NCBI GenBank assembly: GCA_963755715.1
Contig: CAVWLW010000051.1
Span: 1-64,000, forward strand
Direction of reading: 5' to 3'
Origin: an uncultured delta proteobacterium
Lineage (GTDB): Bacteria; Desulfobacterota; Binatia; UBA9968
DNA: 64,000 nucleotides
Shown: one piece after another, positions 51,552-61,040 of the stretch
How the letters are laid out: each line of letters starts with the position of its first letter
Numbering within the stretch: position 1 is the first letter of the stretch
Notes under the pieces: model-generated
Seen by the model: only the letters and a program-made list of their open reading frames with translations
Databases searched by the model: none
What the model was told of the DNA's origin: nothing
Translations under genes and position numbers: made by a program

Positions 51552-52508
51552 ATGAGGTGTTGGAGTGATGCGATCGCGAGTCGCGTGCTGAGCACCGTTT
51601 TAGTCAGTTGGTTTTTGCCTGGCGATTGCAGCATAGCGGCGCAGCCGAACAAGGTGAGAATTTCTTATTCGAGCAGGAGCAATTCCAACACGCCGTTCAT
51701 CATCGCCCTCAACAAAGGCTTCTTTGTCGAAGAAGGTATTGACGTTGAGTTAATTCAAGTCAACCCGCGGCTCGGTGCCACCGCGGTGCTGAACGGTGAC
51801 CTCGACTTCACCACGACCTTCGGCACCACGTTGCGCGGTATTATCAGCGGGTTCCCGATCAAATTCGTCGCCGTTGCGGTGAAGAAGTCCGAGCACTTTT
51901 TGGTCGTGCGCCCCGAGATCAAGGAGATCCGCGATCTAAACGGTAAAAAGCTCGGCGTGTCGACGTTGTTTGGCTCGGATCAGCGCGCCGCCGAAGAAAT
52001 GATCAGAGGCAAGGGATTCGCGCCGAATATGATGAAGCCGATCGCGCTGGGAGAGTCGCCGGTCCGAGCGCAGGCTCTGCGCGCCGGTTTGGTCGAGGCG
52101 ATTTCGATTTCATCGCCATTCGATCTCAGCTTGAAATCCGAAGGCTTTCGCGTCCTGGCGGGCCCGCAAGACGTCCAGATTGCGCTGCCCACGTCGGGCT
52201 TGGCGGTGGCCAACCGCGTGTTGCAGCAGAACCCGCAGCTCGTCAAGCGAGCGGTGCGCGCCTTGATGAAGTCGCATCGTTACGTGTTTGAGAACAAGAA
52301 AGAAGTCGTACCGCAAATGATTCGCTACCTGGAACAGACGCCCGAGGTGGCGGAGCGATCCTACGATCTTCTGGTCACCTCGCTCAGCCGCAACGGCGAG
52401 ATCACCGATCAAGAATGGGACATTCTTACGGAAAAAAAGAAGGCGGTGGAGGATGTGCGCGACTTCTCCATGCTGCGGGAAGCACAGAAAGAACTGAGGA
52501 TTAAATAA
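51552..52508 (+). CDS. NMT1/SsuA-type substrate-binding protein
   Basis: IALNKGFFVEEGIDVEL, DLNGKKLGVS, DFSML. Confidence 0.85.
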   Translation: MRCWSDAIASRVLSTVLVSWFLPGDCSIAAQPNKVRISYSSRSNSNTPFIIALNKGFFVEEGIDVELIQVNPRLGATAVLNGDLDFTTTFGTTLRGIISGFPIKFVAVAVKKSEHFLVVRPEIKEIRDLNGKKLGVSTLFGSDQRAAEEMIRGKGFAPNMMKPIALGESPVRAQALRAGLVEAISISSPFDLSLKSEGFRVLAGPQDVQIALPTSGLAVANRVLQQNPQLVKRAVRALMKSHRYVFENKKEVVPQMIRYLEQTPEVAERSYDLLVTSLSRNGEITDQEWDILTEKKKAVEDVRDFSMLREAQKELRIK

Positions 52509-52552
52509 CGTTTCCGGTTTATAGGAATGGCTTTAACTTTGGAAGGTGAATC

Positions 52553-53335
52553 ATGGCGCTGAAAGTTGAGTTAGGAAGAAAATACTCGGCAGCCGACGCG
52601 AAAGCGATCGTCGATAAACTTTATTCGATAGTGCGCGAACGCTGGGAAGTGAAGGTCAACCAGACGCCGTTTATGCAGCAGTTGATGGCGGGCAAGCTGC
52701 CGCTCAAAGTGCTGCAAACTTTTTTTCGCAACTGGGGCGCGTACACGATCGAGATCAACACGCTCACAGCGTGCACGTATCATCGAAACATTACTTTTTT
52801 CAAAGTAAATCGCGATCTGATGGGGCCGATCGGCGAGAAGATCGCCGATGAGTTCATTCACCCCAAGCCGCCGGGCCATTTTCTCGTCATGCTGCAAACC
52901 GCGCAGGCTTTCGGCCTGACCGAAGAAGAAGTTTTCACGACGCCGATGCTGTCGGAATTTCGCGGCAAGATCGATTTCATGCGCGGCATCGTCTACGAGG
53001 GCACCGCAGCGGAATGGTACTCGGCTGTGACCACGGAAGAGCAGATCGGTCATTGGTCGGCGGCCTGTTACAAGGCGCTGACGACGCATTACGGCTTTGA
53101 CCGCGACAAAGCGACTTACTTCGCGACTCATGTCGAGGCTGATCTTGCCGAACATGAGGAAGGGGTGATGGGCCACGCGAGCTTCAATCGCATGGCGCTG
53201 CAAAGATTGTTGGAAACGGGCGCGGCCGATGAGCGGCCGACTTATGGCCTGGAGTATTGCGCCATGACTTCGGTGGATCTGCATGGCGTGATGTTGCGCT
53301 CGGCGATGGCAGAGGCGGAGCGGGTAATCGTGTAG
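52553..53335 (+). CDS. Heme-oxygenase-like di-iron protein (CADD/PqqC-like)
   Basis: KIADEFIHPKPPGH, TTEE, YFATHVEAD...MGH. Confidence 0.8.
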   Translation: MALKVELGRKYSAADAKAIVDKLYSIVRERWEVKVNQTPFMQQLMAGKLPLKVLQTFFRNWGAYTIEINTLTACTYHRNITFFKVNRDLMGPIGEKIADEFIHPKPPGHFLVMLQTAQAFGLTEEEVFTTPMLSEFRGKIDFMRGIVYEGTAAEWYSAVTTEEQIGHWSAACYKALTTHYGFDRDKATYFATHVEADLAEHEEGVMGHASFNRMALQRLLETGAADERPTYGLEYCAMTSVDLHGVMLRSAMAEAERVIV

Positions 53336-53387
53336 GGGCAAACCCTCCGTAGGTTCGCCCGGATTGCCACTGTAACTGGAGGACATC

Positions 53388-54314
53388 ATGATCGAACAGA
53401 TACGCGGCATCGTTTTGCCGAGTCCTACCGTTTTTCTGGAAGATGGCAGCGTCGATGAAAAATTGATGCGCGAGCTTACCGACTGGTTTGTCGCCTGCGG
53501 CGTGCATGCGTTTTTTGTCTTGGGTTCTTACGGCCAGGGGCCGGCGATGACGCCGGAGGAAAGGAAGAAAGTTGCCGAGATTATCGTTCAGCAAGTGAAA
53601 CATCGCGTGCCGGTGGTTGTTCACGTCGGCGCGGTGGACCCATACACCGCCATCGATCTCGGCAAGCATGCGAAATCCATTGGCGCTGAAGCCATCGGCC
53701 ACGTCGGACCTTACTATTATGCCGACCGCTCCGAGTACGAAATCATCGAGCACTTCAAGATGGTCGATCGCGCGCTCGGCATGCCTATTCTCGTTTACAA
53801 CAACCCGCGCTACTCGGGTTACAATATTCATCCCGCCTTCATGGCGCGCTTGGTCGAGTCGGTGCCGAATATCTTCGGCGCGAAGCTGGCGATGGGCAGC
53901 GTCGACGAAGCGATGGCTTACATGAAGATGGTCAAAGCACCGTTTGCGCCCTATGCTCTCGCGAGCAATTTAGTTTCAGCGATGTCCGTCGGCGTCGCCG
54001 GCACGATTAGCCCGCCGCTGGCGGTGACGCCGGAAATCGGCGTCGAACTGGTCCGCGCCATCGACGCCGGCAAAGCCGAGGAAGCTTTGGCGTTGCAAAG
54101 AAGCGTGATCCGCATCCACGATCTTTTCCTGCGCCTCGCCGGCCCCTTCGGACGAACAATTTACTGCGAAGCCATGCGTCTTCGAGGTTTCGACGTGAAG
54201 ATGTACCCGCGTTGGCCGTCCAAGCCGCTTAGCCGGGATGCGTATGACGAAATGCGCGATCTGTTTACTGAACTGAAGATCATTAATGCGCCTGCCCAAG
54301 CTCGAACAGCGTAA
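53388..54314 (+). CDS. DapA/NAL-family class I aldolase/lyase
   Basis: VLGSYGQG, ERKK, VYNNP, Schiff-base Lys in FGAKL. Confidence 0.85.
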   Translation: MIEQIRGIVLPSPTVFLEDGSVDEKLMRELTDWFVACGVHAFFVLGSYGQGPAMTPEERKKVAEIIVQQVKHRVPVVVHVGAVDPYTAIDLGKHAKSIGAEAIGHVGPYYYADRSEYEIIEHFKMVDRALGMPILVYNNPRYSGYNIHPAFMARLVESVPNIFGAKLAMGSVDEAMAYMKMVKAPFAPYALASNLVSAMSVGVAGTISPPLAVTPEIGVELVRAIDAGKAEEALALQRSVIRIHDLFLRLAGPFGRTIYCEAMRLRGFDVKMYPRWPSKPLSRDAYDEMRDLFTELKIINAPAQARTA

Positions 54315-54337
54315 GTCAAGGAATTCCACACCGAGGA

Positions 54338-55297
54338 TTGCCCTGTCGTATGCAAGCTAGATTCACAACTGTATCATTAGTCGCGCTTTGGAGTTTCTCG
54401 TTGTTTTGTGTTCGAGCTTCAGCAGACGAGCGCGTGCGCATGGCTTTATCCGTGCGAAACGTCGTCTTTCTGCCGTTTTACTACGCCAAAGATACCAAGA
54501 TCTTTGCTAAGCACGGGTTGAACGTCGAGTTGATTCAGATGCGCAGCGATCTGCAGCTTGCCGGATTAGCTTCTGGGGAAATCGATTTCACGCCGTCGGT
54601 CGGTCCCGCCGGCGCCGCCATCGCCAACGGTCTTCCGCTGAAAGCGCTCGCGATTCTTTATCGCGCGCCGTTATTTTCTTTGGTGAGCCCGGCCGGCGTT
54701 TCGAGCGCGAAAGAGCTCGAAGGGAAAACGGTCGCGGTTTCCCGCATCGGTTCGGAAAGCCACCGGTACGGTTCGCTCATACTTGAAAGTGGCGGGGCCG
54801 ACCCCAAGAAAGTAACGTTTATTCAAACTGGCAGCACAACCGTAAGCCTGACTGCGCTCCAACAGGGTTCGGTCAGCGCCGCGGTACTTAGCCCCCCTTT
54901 TACGGGAATCATGGCGGAGAAAGGGTACAAGATCCTCGGGCGAAGCCGATCTCTGCTGGCGGACGCGCCATGGCTCGGTCTGGTTGCCAGTCGGCAAAAA
55001 CTCGAACGCCAGCCCGAGCAGGCAAGAAACATACTGCGCTCCATGCGCGACGTGATCGCCGTGATCAAGCGCGAAAAGCCGGCGGTTGTTTCTTACATCG
55101 AAAAAAACTTCAAAGTGAGCGCGGCCAACGCCAATGAATCCTACGACGACATCATGGGAGTGACCGTGGAGCCCCTGGTGCTACGCGACGAGCAAATTCA
55201 AAAATATCTCGATGGCTCTTTTGCCCGCGGCGAGATTCCCAAGCGCTTGACCGTCGGCGACATGTTCGATTTCTCCATGCTGCGCAACTTGAAGTGA
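54338..55297 (+). CDS. NMT1/SsuA-type substrate-binding protein
   Basis: Signal peptide, FAKHGLNVELI, LEGKTVAVS, FDFSML. Confidence 0.85.
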   Translation: MPCRMQARFTTVSLVALWSFSLFCVRASADERVRMALSVRNVVFLPFYYAKDTKIFAKHGLNVELIQMRSDLQLAGLASGEIDFTPSVGPAGAAIANGLPLKALAILYRAPLFSLVSPAGVSSAKELEGKTVAVSRIGSESHRYGSLILESGGADPKKVTFIQTGSTTVSLTALQQGSVSAAVLSPPFTGIMAEKGYKILGRSRSLLADAPWLGLVASRQKLERQPEQARNILRSMRDVIAVIKREKPAVVSYIEKNFKVSAANANESYDDIMGVTVEPLVLRDEQIQKYLDGSFARGEIPKRLTVGDMFDFSMLRNLK

Positions 55298-55347
55298 GCG
55301 ATGCCAATCGATTCTGACTTTGGTCATGCGATTCTAAGGAGTTTGCG

Positions 55348-56302
55348 ATGAGTGAAGATCAAAGACCGGTGTTATCCCTTGCCGCGGGCTATCACCTGCG
55401 CGCCAAGCCCTTGTGCGACGGCCGGGTTAAAATGAAAAACTTCGAGCTCAGAGCCGTGCCGTTCCAAGAGGATGGCGCCGGGCATGAAGAATTTCTCGCG
55501 GGCAAGTACGATACCGGGGAGTTTTCTCTGGCAAATTACGTTGCGCTGAAGAGCCGCGACGCGCCGTTCATGGCGATTCCGGTGTTTCCCAATCGCAAGT
55601 TTCGCCACTCCTACATTTTCGTGCCGGAAAATTCTCCGCTGAAAGAGCCGGCTCAACTCAAAGGCAAGAAGGTCGGCATTCTCGGCTGGCTCAATACCGC
55701 CGGCCTCTGGGCGCGCGGAATGCTCAGCGACGAATACGGCGTAAAGCCACAAGATATTCATTGGGTCATGCCGCGCAAAATGAAGCTGGATCTCACCCTG
55801 CCGACCGGCACCCGCCTGGATGTGGTGCCTGGCGAGGATTCGCTCGCGGCGCGCATGCTCAAAGGCGAATTCGACGCGATCATCGTGCCGGATTTTCCCG
55901 AAGAAAAGGGATGGCGGCGGTTATTTGCCGATTCGAAAACGGTCGAGCAAGATTTTTTTCGGCGCACCGGTGTTTTCCCGACCAGCCACGCGATTACTTT
56001 TCATTCGTCTTATTTGGAAAAATATCCAGTCGGCGGCGCAAGAAATGTTTAACGCTTGTCTCGAAGCGAAAAATCTCGCCCTGCGCGACGATGCCGACGC
56101 GACCTATTCGAACTTCGCCTGGAACCGGCAGGTTTGGGAAGAGCAGCAGGCGGTTCTCGGCGCCGATCCGTGGAAGTTCGGTATCAAAGGCAACGAGAAG
56201 GCGCTCGACGCATTGATTCGCTATGCCGACGAGCAGGGGTTGCTGGCGAAGAAAATGACCATCGCCGATCTGTTTCTTCAGATCGATGAACCGCAATCGT
56301 AA
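55348..56302 (+). CDS. 4,5-dihydroxyphthalate decarboxylase-like protein; +1 frameshift at ~56028
   Basis: DGRVK, EFSLANY, IPVFPNRKFRHS, LWARGML..EYGV, DPWKFGI..N...L..L..Y..EQG. Confidence 0.82.
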
Positions 56303-56319
56303 AGGGGAACTCAGACAAC

Positions 56320-57789
56320 ATGGCAATTACCACCCATGAGCATCAGGGACACGGCGACCACGGACACGATCATGAAGGCGCCGTCGGGCCGCACACGCAC
56401 CTCACCAGTGTTGGCATCGATATCGGTTCTTCGACTTCCCATCTGATGTTTTCCCAGCTGCTGATCGGTTATCCGTCGGTGCTGCAGCGAAAACCGATCG
56501 TGCTCGAACGCAACGTGATCGCGCGCTCGCCGATTTTGCTCACGCCCTTCAGCGGCGATTGGAACATCGAAGCCGGTCCGCTGAGCGAGCTGGTCGACGA
56601 TACATTCCAAGCCGCGGGATTGACCCGCGACGACATTGACACCGGCGCGGTGATCATCACCGGCGAAGCGGCGCGGCGCGACAACGCCCAGAAGATCGCC
56701 GAGCTGTTTTCCGACGAAGCGGGACGTTTCGTGTGCGCGACCGCAGGACCGAAGCTCGAGACGACCATGGCGGCGCACGGCTCCGGCGCGGTGCAACAGA
56801 GCCGCGAGCAAGGCCTGGTTCTGCTCAACATCGACGTCGGTGGCGGCACGACGAAAATCAGCCTGATCGACAATGGCAAGATCCGCGCAACGACCGCGGT
56901 CAATATCGGCGCGCGACTGGTGGCCCACGACGGCGCGGATGTGATCGTGCGCTTGGAAAAAGGCGGTCGGCGGTTTCTTCAAGATCTTGGGCAGCGGCTG
57001 GATTTCGGCGCGAGAGTTCCCGATGATCTGCGCGCTCAGCTCGCAAGTCGGATGGCGCAAGCGCTCTTCGGTGCGCTGACGACCAGCGCACAACCGTGGG
57101 AGGATTTTTACGTGATACCCGGGTTGGGCGAACTGCCGGCGATCGATGGCATTCTCTTCTCGGGCGGCGTTTCGGAATATATCTACTCGCGCGAGGCCAA
57201 GGTGTTCGGCGACTTGGGTCCGTATTTAGGCCGAGCGATTCGTCGCGAAGCGGAAAGTCGCGGTTTCAATATTCTCGAAGCGGGCGAGGGCATCCGCGCC
57301 ACCGTCATCGGCGCGTCGCAGTACACCGTGCAATTGAGCGGTGAGACGATCTTCATTCCTAAATCAATGAATTTGCCGGTGCGTAATTTACGTGTCTTTG
57401 TCGCCAACGTTGGCTGGGATGCGCCGGTTGCCGATAAGGCCGAGAGCGCGGTGAAAAAAACTCTCGGCGCGCGCGATCCGGAAGTGCGCGGCACGCCGTT
57501 CGTGCTGGCGTTTTCGACGCCGCCGTTTACCGGCTACGGCGCCGTGCAAGACATGGCGCGCGGCATCGACCGCGCGCTGGAGACCTTGCCGGCCGAAGAT
57601 CGCCCGGTGGCGTTGGTTTTTGTGCAGAACATCGGCCAGGTAGTCGGCGGCATGCTCTCGGCGAAATGGAACATGCCTTGCGTCGACGAGGTGAGCTTGT
57701 CCGAGCTCGACTTTATCGACATCGGCGAAGTGGTCGAGAGTGAAGGTTTCGTGCCGGTGGTGATTAAAAGTTTGGCCTTCGGAGTATGA
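56320..57789 (+). CDS. EutA-like ASKHA ATPase (reactivase family) with His-rich N-terminus
   Basis: SVGIDIGSSTSH, IITGEAARRDN, NIDVGGGTTK, FSGGVSEY, IRATVIGASQ, VPVVIKSL. Confidence 0.88.
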   Translation: MAITTHEHQGHGDHGHDHEGAVGPHTHLTSVGIDIGSSTSHLMFSQLLIGYPSVLQRKPIVLERNVIARSPILLTPFSGDWNIEAGPLSELVDDTFQAAGLTRDDIDTGAVIITGEAARRDNAQKIAELFSDEAGRFVCATAGPKLETTMAAHGSGAVQQSREQGLVLLNIDVGGGTTKISLIDNGKIRATTAVNIGARLVAHDGADVIVRLEKGGRRFLQDLGQRLDFGARVPDDLRAQLASRMAQALFGALTTSAQPWEDFYVIPGLGELPAIDGILFSGGVSEYIYSREAKVFGDLGPYLGRAIRREAESRGFNILEAGEGIRATVIGASQYTVQLSGETIFIPKSMNLPVRNLRVFVANVGWDAPVADKAESAVKKTLGARDPEVRGTPFVLAFSTPPFTGYGAVQDMARGIDRALETLPAEDRPVALVFVQNIGQVVGGMLSAKWNMPCVDEVSLSELDFIDIGEVVESEGFVPVVIKSLAFGV

Positions 57790-57790
57790 C

Positions 57791-57967
57791 ATGAAATCGA
57801 ACTTTCGCGATTCGCCGGTTTGGTTCGCACGGATGATGGGCTTGTTGTTTTCTCTCGCGGTGCTTTCGGGCACGACGATGCCGGTGGGCGAGTTTCAGAT
57901 CTTCGAGCAGGCGCCGAAAGAAAAATATCCGCTCGACACAATATTCGCCGCGTGGGCATCAGATTGA
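57791..57967 (+). CDS. Possible 58-aa small ORF or internally deleted gene remnant
   Basis: GGAG then ATG 1 nt after the eutA stop; MKSNFRDSPVWFARMMGLLFSLAVLSGTTMPVGEFQIFEQAPKEKYPLDTIFAAWASD*. Confidence 0.35.
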   Translation: MKSNFRDSPVWFARMMGLLFSLAVLSGTTMPVGEFQIFEQAPKEKYPLDTIFAAWASD

Positions 57968-58153
57968 TATCGATCGCTTGTTGGACAGTGGAAACTTGCA
58001 TGTGATAAGAACCGAAGGAGAATACAGCCGATACATGAAGTTATATAATGAAGTATTAGGAACACTCTAAGAAAATTAATTGCCGAAGCCATTCTGGCCC
58101 AAGGCAAACAACGTAAAAGCTGAAAAACCTGGTTTCGATAGAGGGAAGGATCC

Positions 58154-58867
58154 ATGGGCGCGGCAAATGGCATCGAAAAAATGTGGGAAGAGTTAGTCGG
58201 TTTGTGTAATGCGCAATTTAGTTCGGCGCCGTTCAAACGCCTGCTCAGCGCAAAGTTCACCCAGGCGCGTGCGCAGCAGTATTCCATTCAAATGGCCTAC
58301 TACGTGCAAAATCGGCGCGATTGTTGGGGTTACGTCCAGGGCTCGGCGCCGTTCGAAATCAAGAAGCTGATCTGGCAGCACGAAGAAGACGAGCTGATCG
58401 GTCAAAAAGCGCAAGGCAAGGTCGACCACATCACATTGGCGGTGAAAGAAGGCGAAGTGTTCGGCCTAAGCGCGGAGGCATTCGAGCGGACCGCGCGTCT
58501 CGAAGGCGGCGAGGTTTGTTTCAGCGCGTGGATTCGTCTGGCGCAGCGCTCCTGGTTGGAGGCTATCGCCGCATCGGCGATACTCGAAATGCGCAATTCC
58601 GGCGAGTTGATCGAAGGCGGCTCCTTATCGCAGCGCATCGGCGCCATGTTCGAGCGCGATCTCAGTATTCCCATGAAAAAGCAGATTAACAACGCCGAGC
58701 ACGTGGTCATGGACGTAGAACATGCTCATCTGTTGATGCAGGTGGCGCGCACATACGCCACGACGGACTCGACCCGCCAGGCGATCCTGCGCGGCGCCAA
58801 AGAGAGTCTGATGATCGACCGGGTCTATCGCGGCCATCTCGCGGAAATAGTCGAGGCGCTGCCGTAG
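58154..58867 (+). CDS. Heme-oxygenase-like di-iron protein, second subfamily (copy 1)
   Basis: NRRDCWGYVQG, WQHEEDEL...DH, LE.RN, EHVVMDVEH. Confidence 0.8.
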   Translation: MGAANGIEKMWEELVGLCNAQFSSAPFKRLLSAKFTQARAQQYSIQMAYYVQNRRDCWGYVQGSAPFEIKKLIWQHEEDELIGQKAQGKVDHITLAVKEGEVFGLSAEAFERTARLEGGEVCFSAWIRLAQRSWLEAIAASAILEMRNSGELIEGGSLSQRIGAMFERDLSIPMKKQINNAEHVVMDVEHAHLLMQVARTYATTDSTRQAILRGAKESLMIDRVYRGHLAEIVEALP

Positions 58868-58907
58868 GCACCGCGATTTTCCGCGGACAAACGGAGGAAT
58901 AATATCT

Positions 58908-59612
58908 ATGGATATCGTAAACGATTTGCTGAAAACGCTGGACCAGATGGTCAACGATCAGTTCGACAGCGTGGAGTTCAAGAATTTTCTTGCCGTGCCC
59001 TTGACGCTGGAGCGCGGGCGCTTTTACGTCATTCAAAATGCGCTTTATACCAGCAATCGGCGCGACTGCTGGGGCTACGTCCAGGGCGGCGCGCCACTGG
59101 AAGTCAAACGCGTCATTTGGCAACACGAAAGCGACGAGCTGATCAACGATCCACGCGCGGGGATGGATCATTACGCCCTCACGGTCAAACAGGGCGAAGT
59201 CATCGGTCTCAAACCTGAAGATTTCGCGAAGGCCGAGATCCCATCGATGGTGCGCGCATGCTTTTATGCCTGGCACCATATCGCTATGCACAACCATTGG
59301 CTGACGGCTTACACGGCGTCGCACATGCTCGAACGGCGCAACAACGGCAAGATCGTCCAAAACGGCGGCATGTCGTACCGGGTCGGCAAGAAATTCGAAA
59401 ACGAGCTTGGGATCAATTTAAAGAAGATGATCTCACTCGACGTTCACGTGGTCGCCGATACCGAGCACTCGGAAAATATTTCCGAGATGTTCGAGCGCTA
59501 TGTCAAAACTGGCGAAGACCGCGACCTGGTTCTAAAAGGTGCACAGGATTCGATGGCGATCGATCGCGCCTATCGCGGCGCGCTCGGTTACTACATGGAG
59601 CAGATTAACTAG
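58908..59612 (+). CDS. Heme-oxygenase-like di-iron protein, second subfamily (copy 2)
   Basis: NRRDCWGYVQG, WQHESDEL...DH, LERRN, VHVVADTEH. Confidence 0.8.
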   Translation: MDIVNDLLKTLDQMVNDQFDSVEFKNFLAVPLTLERGRFYVIQNALYTSNRRDCWGYVQGGAPLEVKRVIWQHESDELINDPRAGMDHYALTVKQGEVIGLKPEDFAKAEIPSMVRACFYAWHHIAMHNHWLTAYTASHMLERRNNGKIVQNGGMSYRVGKKFENELGINLKKMISLDVHVVADTEHSENISEMFERYVKTGEDRDLVLKGAQDSMAIDRAYRGALGYYMEQIN

Positions 59613-59687
59613 ACGCTTGCCGATACGGATGATGGAACTTTTTGCATTTCAAAATAGCTTCAATCGCGAGTTAGGAGGACATAAAAC

Positions 59688-60779
59688 ATGATGAAGAATT
59701 TAAATCTCAACGAGGCATCGGCTTATTCACGAAAGAGTCCGTACGACATCTATCAGGAGTGGGAAGGAATTCCGGTATACAAAGATTTCATTATTCCGGA
59801 CCTGCTGAAGTTGGAGCTCGGCGATTGGACGCGCACCGGCGGCAAGGCGGCCTTTGCCAACATGGACGGCGCCGGCGGCACTTGCGATACGGTGATCGAG
59901 GAAATCGCGCCCGGCGGACAGCTCAAACCGGTTCGACACATGTATGAAAAGGCGATTTTCATTCTCGAGGGCCAGGGCGCGACGACGATCTGGAATGAAG
60001 GCGGCAAGAAGCACACGCTCGAGTGGCAGAAGGGAAGTCTTTTTTCCACGCCGCTCAACACTTGGCATCAACATTTCAATGCTCAAGGTAGTGCGCCGGT
60101 GCGGATGATTTCTTTGACCGACGCGCCGGTGATTATCAATCGCTATCGCAACCTCGACTACATTTTTAATAATAGTTTTATTTTCTCCGATCGTTACAGC
60201 GGCGGTGCCGATGAATGGGGCAAGGGCGGGCGATACGTCCCCGAAGTAAAAAAAGGGCGCGTCTGGGAATCGAACTTCATCGCCGATTTGTGGGGATTTC
60301 AACCCATCGAGTACAAAGAACGAGGCGGCGATAACCGGACCACGCTCTTCGAGTTCGTCGATAATACCATGAGCGCGCATCTGTCAGAGTTCCCGGTCGG
60401 CAAATACAAAAAAGCCCACCGTCACGGCGCAGGAGCGCATATCGTGATGCTCACCGGCGCCGGGTATTCTTTTCTTTGGCCGGAGGGCGAATACGGCACC
60501 AAGAAACGCGTCGAGTGGGGGCGCATGAGCATGTTCGTGCCGCCGATGCAGTGGTGGCACCAACATTTTAATCCTGGAGCCGAGCCGGCGCGTTATCTCG
60601 CGCTCAAGCCTTGGGGTTTTAAGTTCAACGTCGAGGATCTCAAGGACACTGGGGAAGACGTGAAGAGTGGCGGTGCGCAGATCGAATACCAGGATCAAAA
60701 TCCGGAGATTCACAAGGTATTTCTTTCCGAATGCGCGCGGCGCGGCGCCGAAGCGCGCATGCCGATGTTCGGCACCTGA
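59688..60779 (+). CDS. Bicupin protein (gentisate-dioxygenase-like fold)
   Basis: RHMYE...GQG...WHQHFN and AHRHGAG...WWHQHFN; AGGAGG RBS. Confidence 0.85.
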   Translation: MMKNLNLNEASAYSRKSPYDIYQEWEGIPVYKDFIIPDLLKLELGDWTRTGGKAAFANMDGAGGTCDTVIEEIAPGGQLKPVRHMYEKAIFILEGQGATTIWNEGGKKHTLEWQKGSLFSTPLNTWHQHFNAQGSAPVRMISLTDAPVIINRYRNLDYIFNNSFIFSDRYSGGADEWGKGGRYVPEVKKGRVWESNFIADLWGFQPIEYKERGGDNRTTLFEFVDNTMSAHLSEFPVGKYKKAHRHGAGAHIVMLTGAGYSFLWPEGEYGTKKRVEWGRMSMFVPPMQWWHQHFNPGAEPARYLALKPWGFKFNVEDLKDTGEDVKSGGAQIEYQDQNPEIHKVFLSECARRGAEARMPMFGT

Positions 60780-60818
60780 GCCTTCGTCAAGTTTTCATAA
60801 TGGTCGCAGTCTAGCGGG

Positions 60819-60844
60819 AGCCGGTGGCAATTGTGTCACCGGCT
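60819..60844 (+). terminator. Stem-loop after the bicupin gene (possible terminator)
   Basis: AGCCGGTGGCA-ATTG-TGTCACCGGCT; no clear U tract. Confidence 0.4.
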
Positions 60845-61040
60845 TCGCTGTCTTGCCTCACGCACCATATTATGAACTTCATGGCGGTCATTGGGAGCGA
60901 CATCGAGGGTACCGGTAAGCATCTGGATAGGGTCCCCCGCATAGCACATCCGCGAGAGGGTAGAGATTTTCCTAGCCAATTTAACGCGCTTTTGCTATCA
61001 TAAACCGGTTATAAAACGGTCGCTCACGTCAAAGACTCAA

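Noticed and set aside
53388-54314. True dihydrodipicolinate synthase (dapA)
   Set aside because: GTTGE is replaced by GSYGQ and there is no lysine-pathway context.
52553-59612. PQQ biosynthesis cluster
   Set aside because: No pqqA, pqqB, pqqD or pqqE in the window; the proteins show CADD-like metal ligands rather than a clear PqqC signature.
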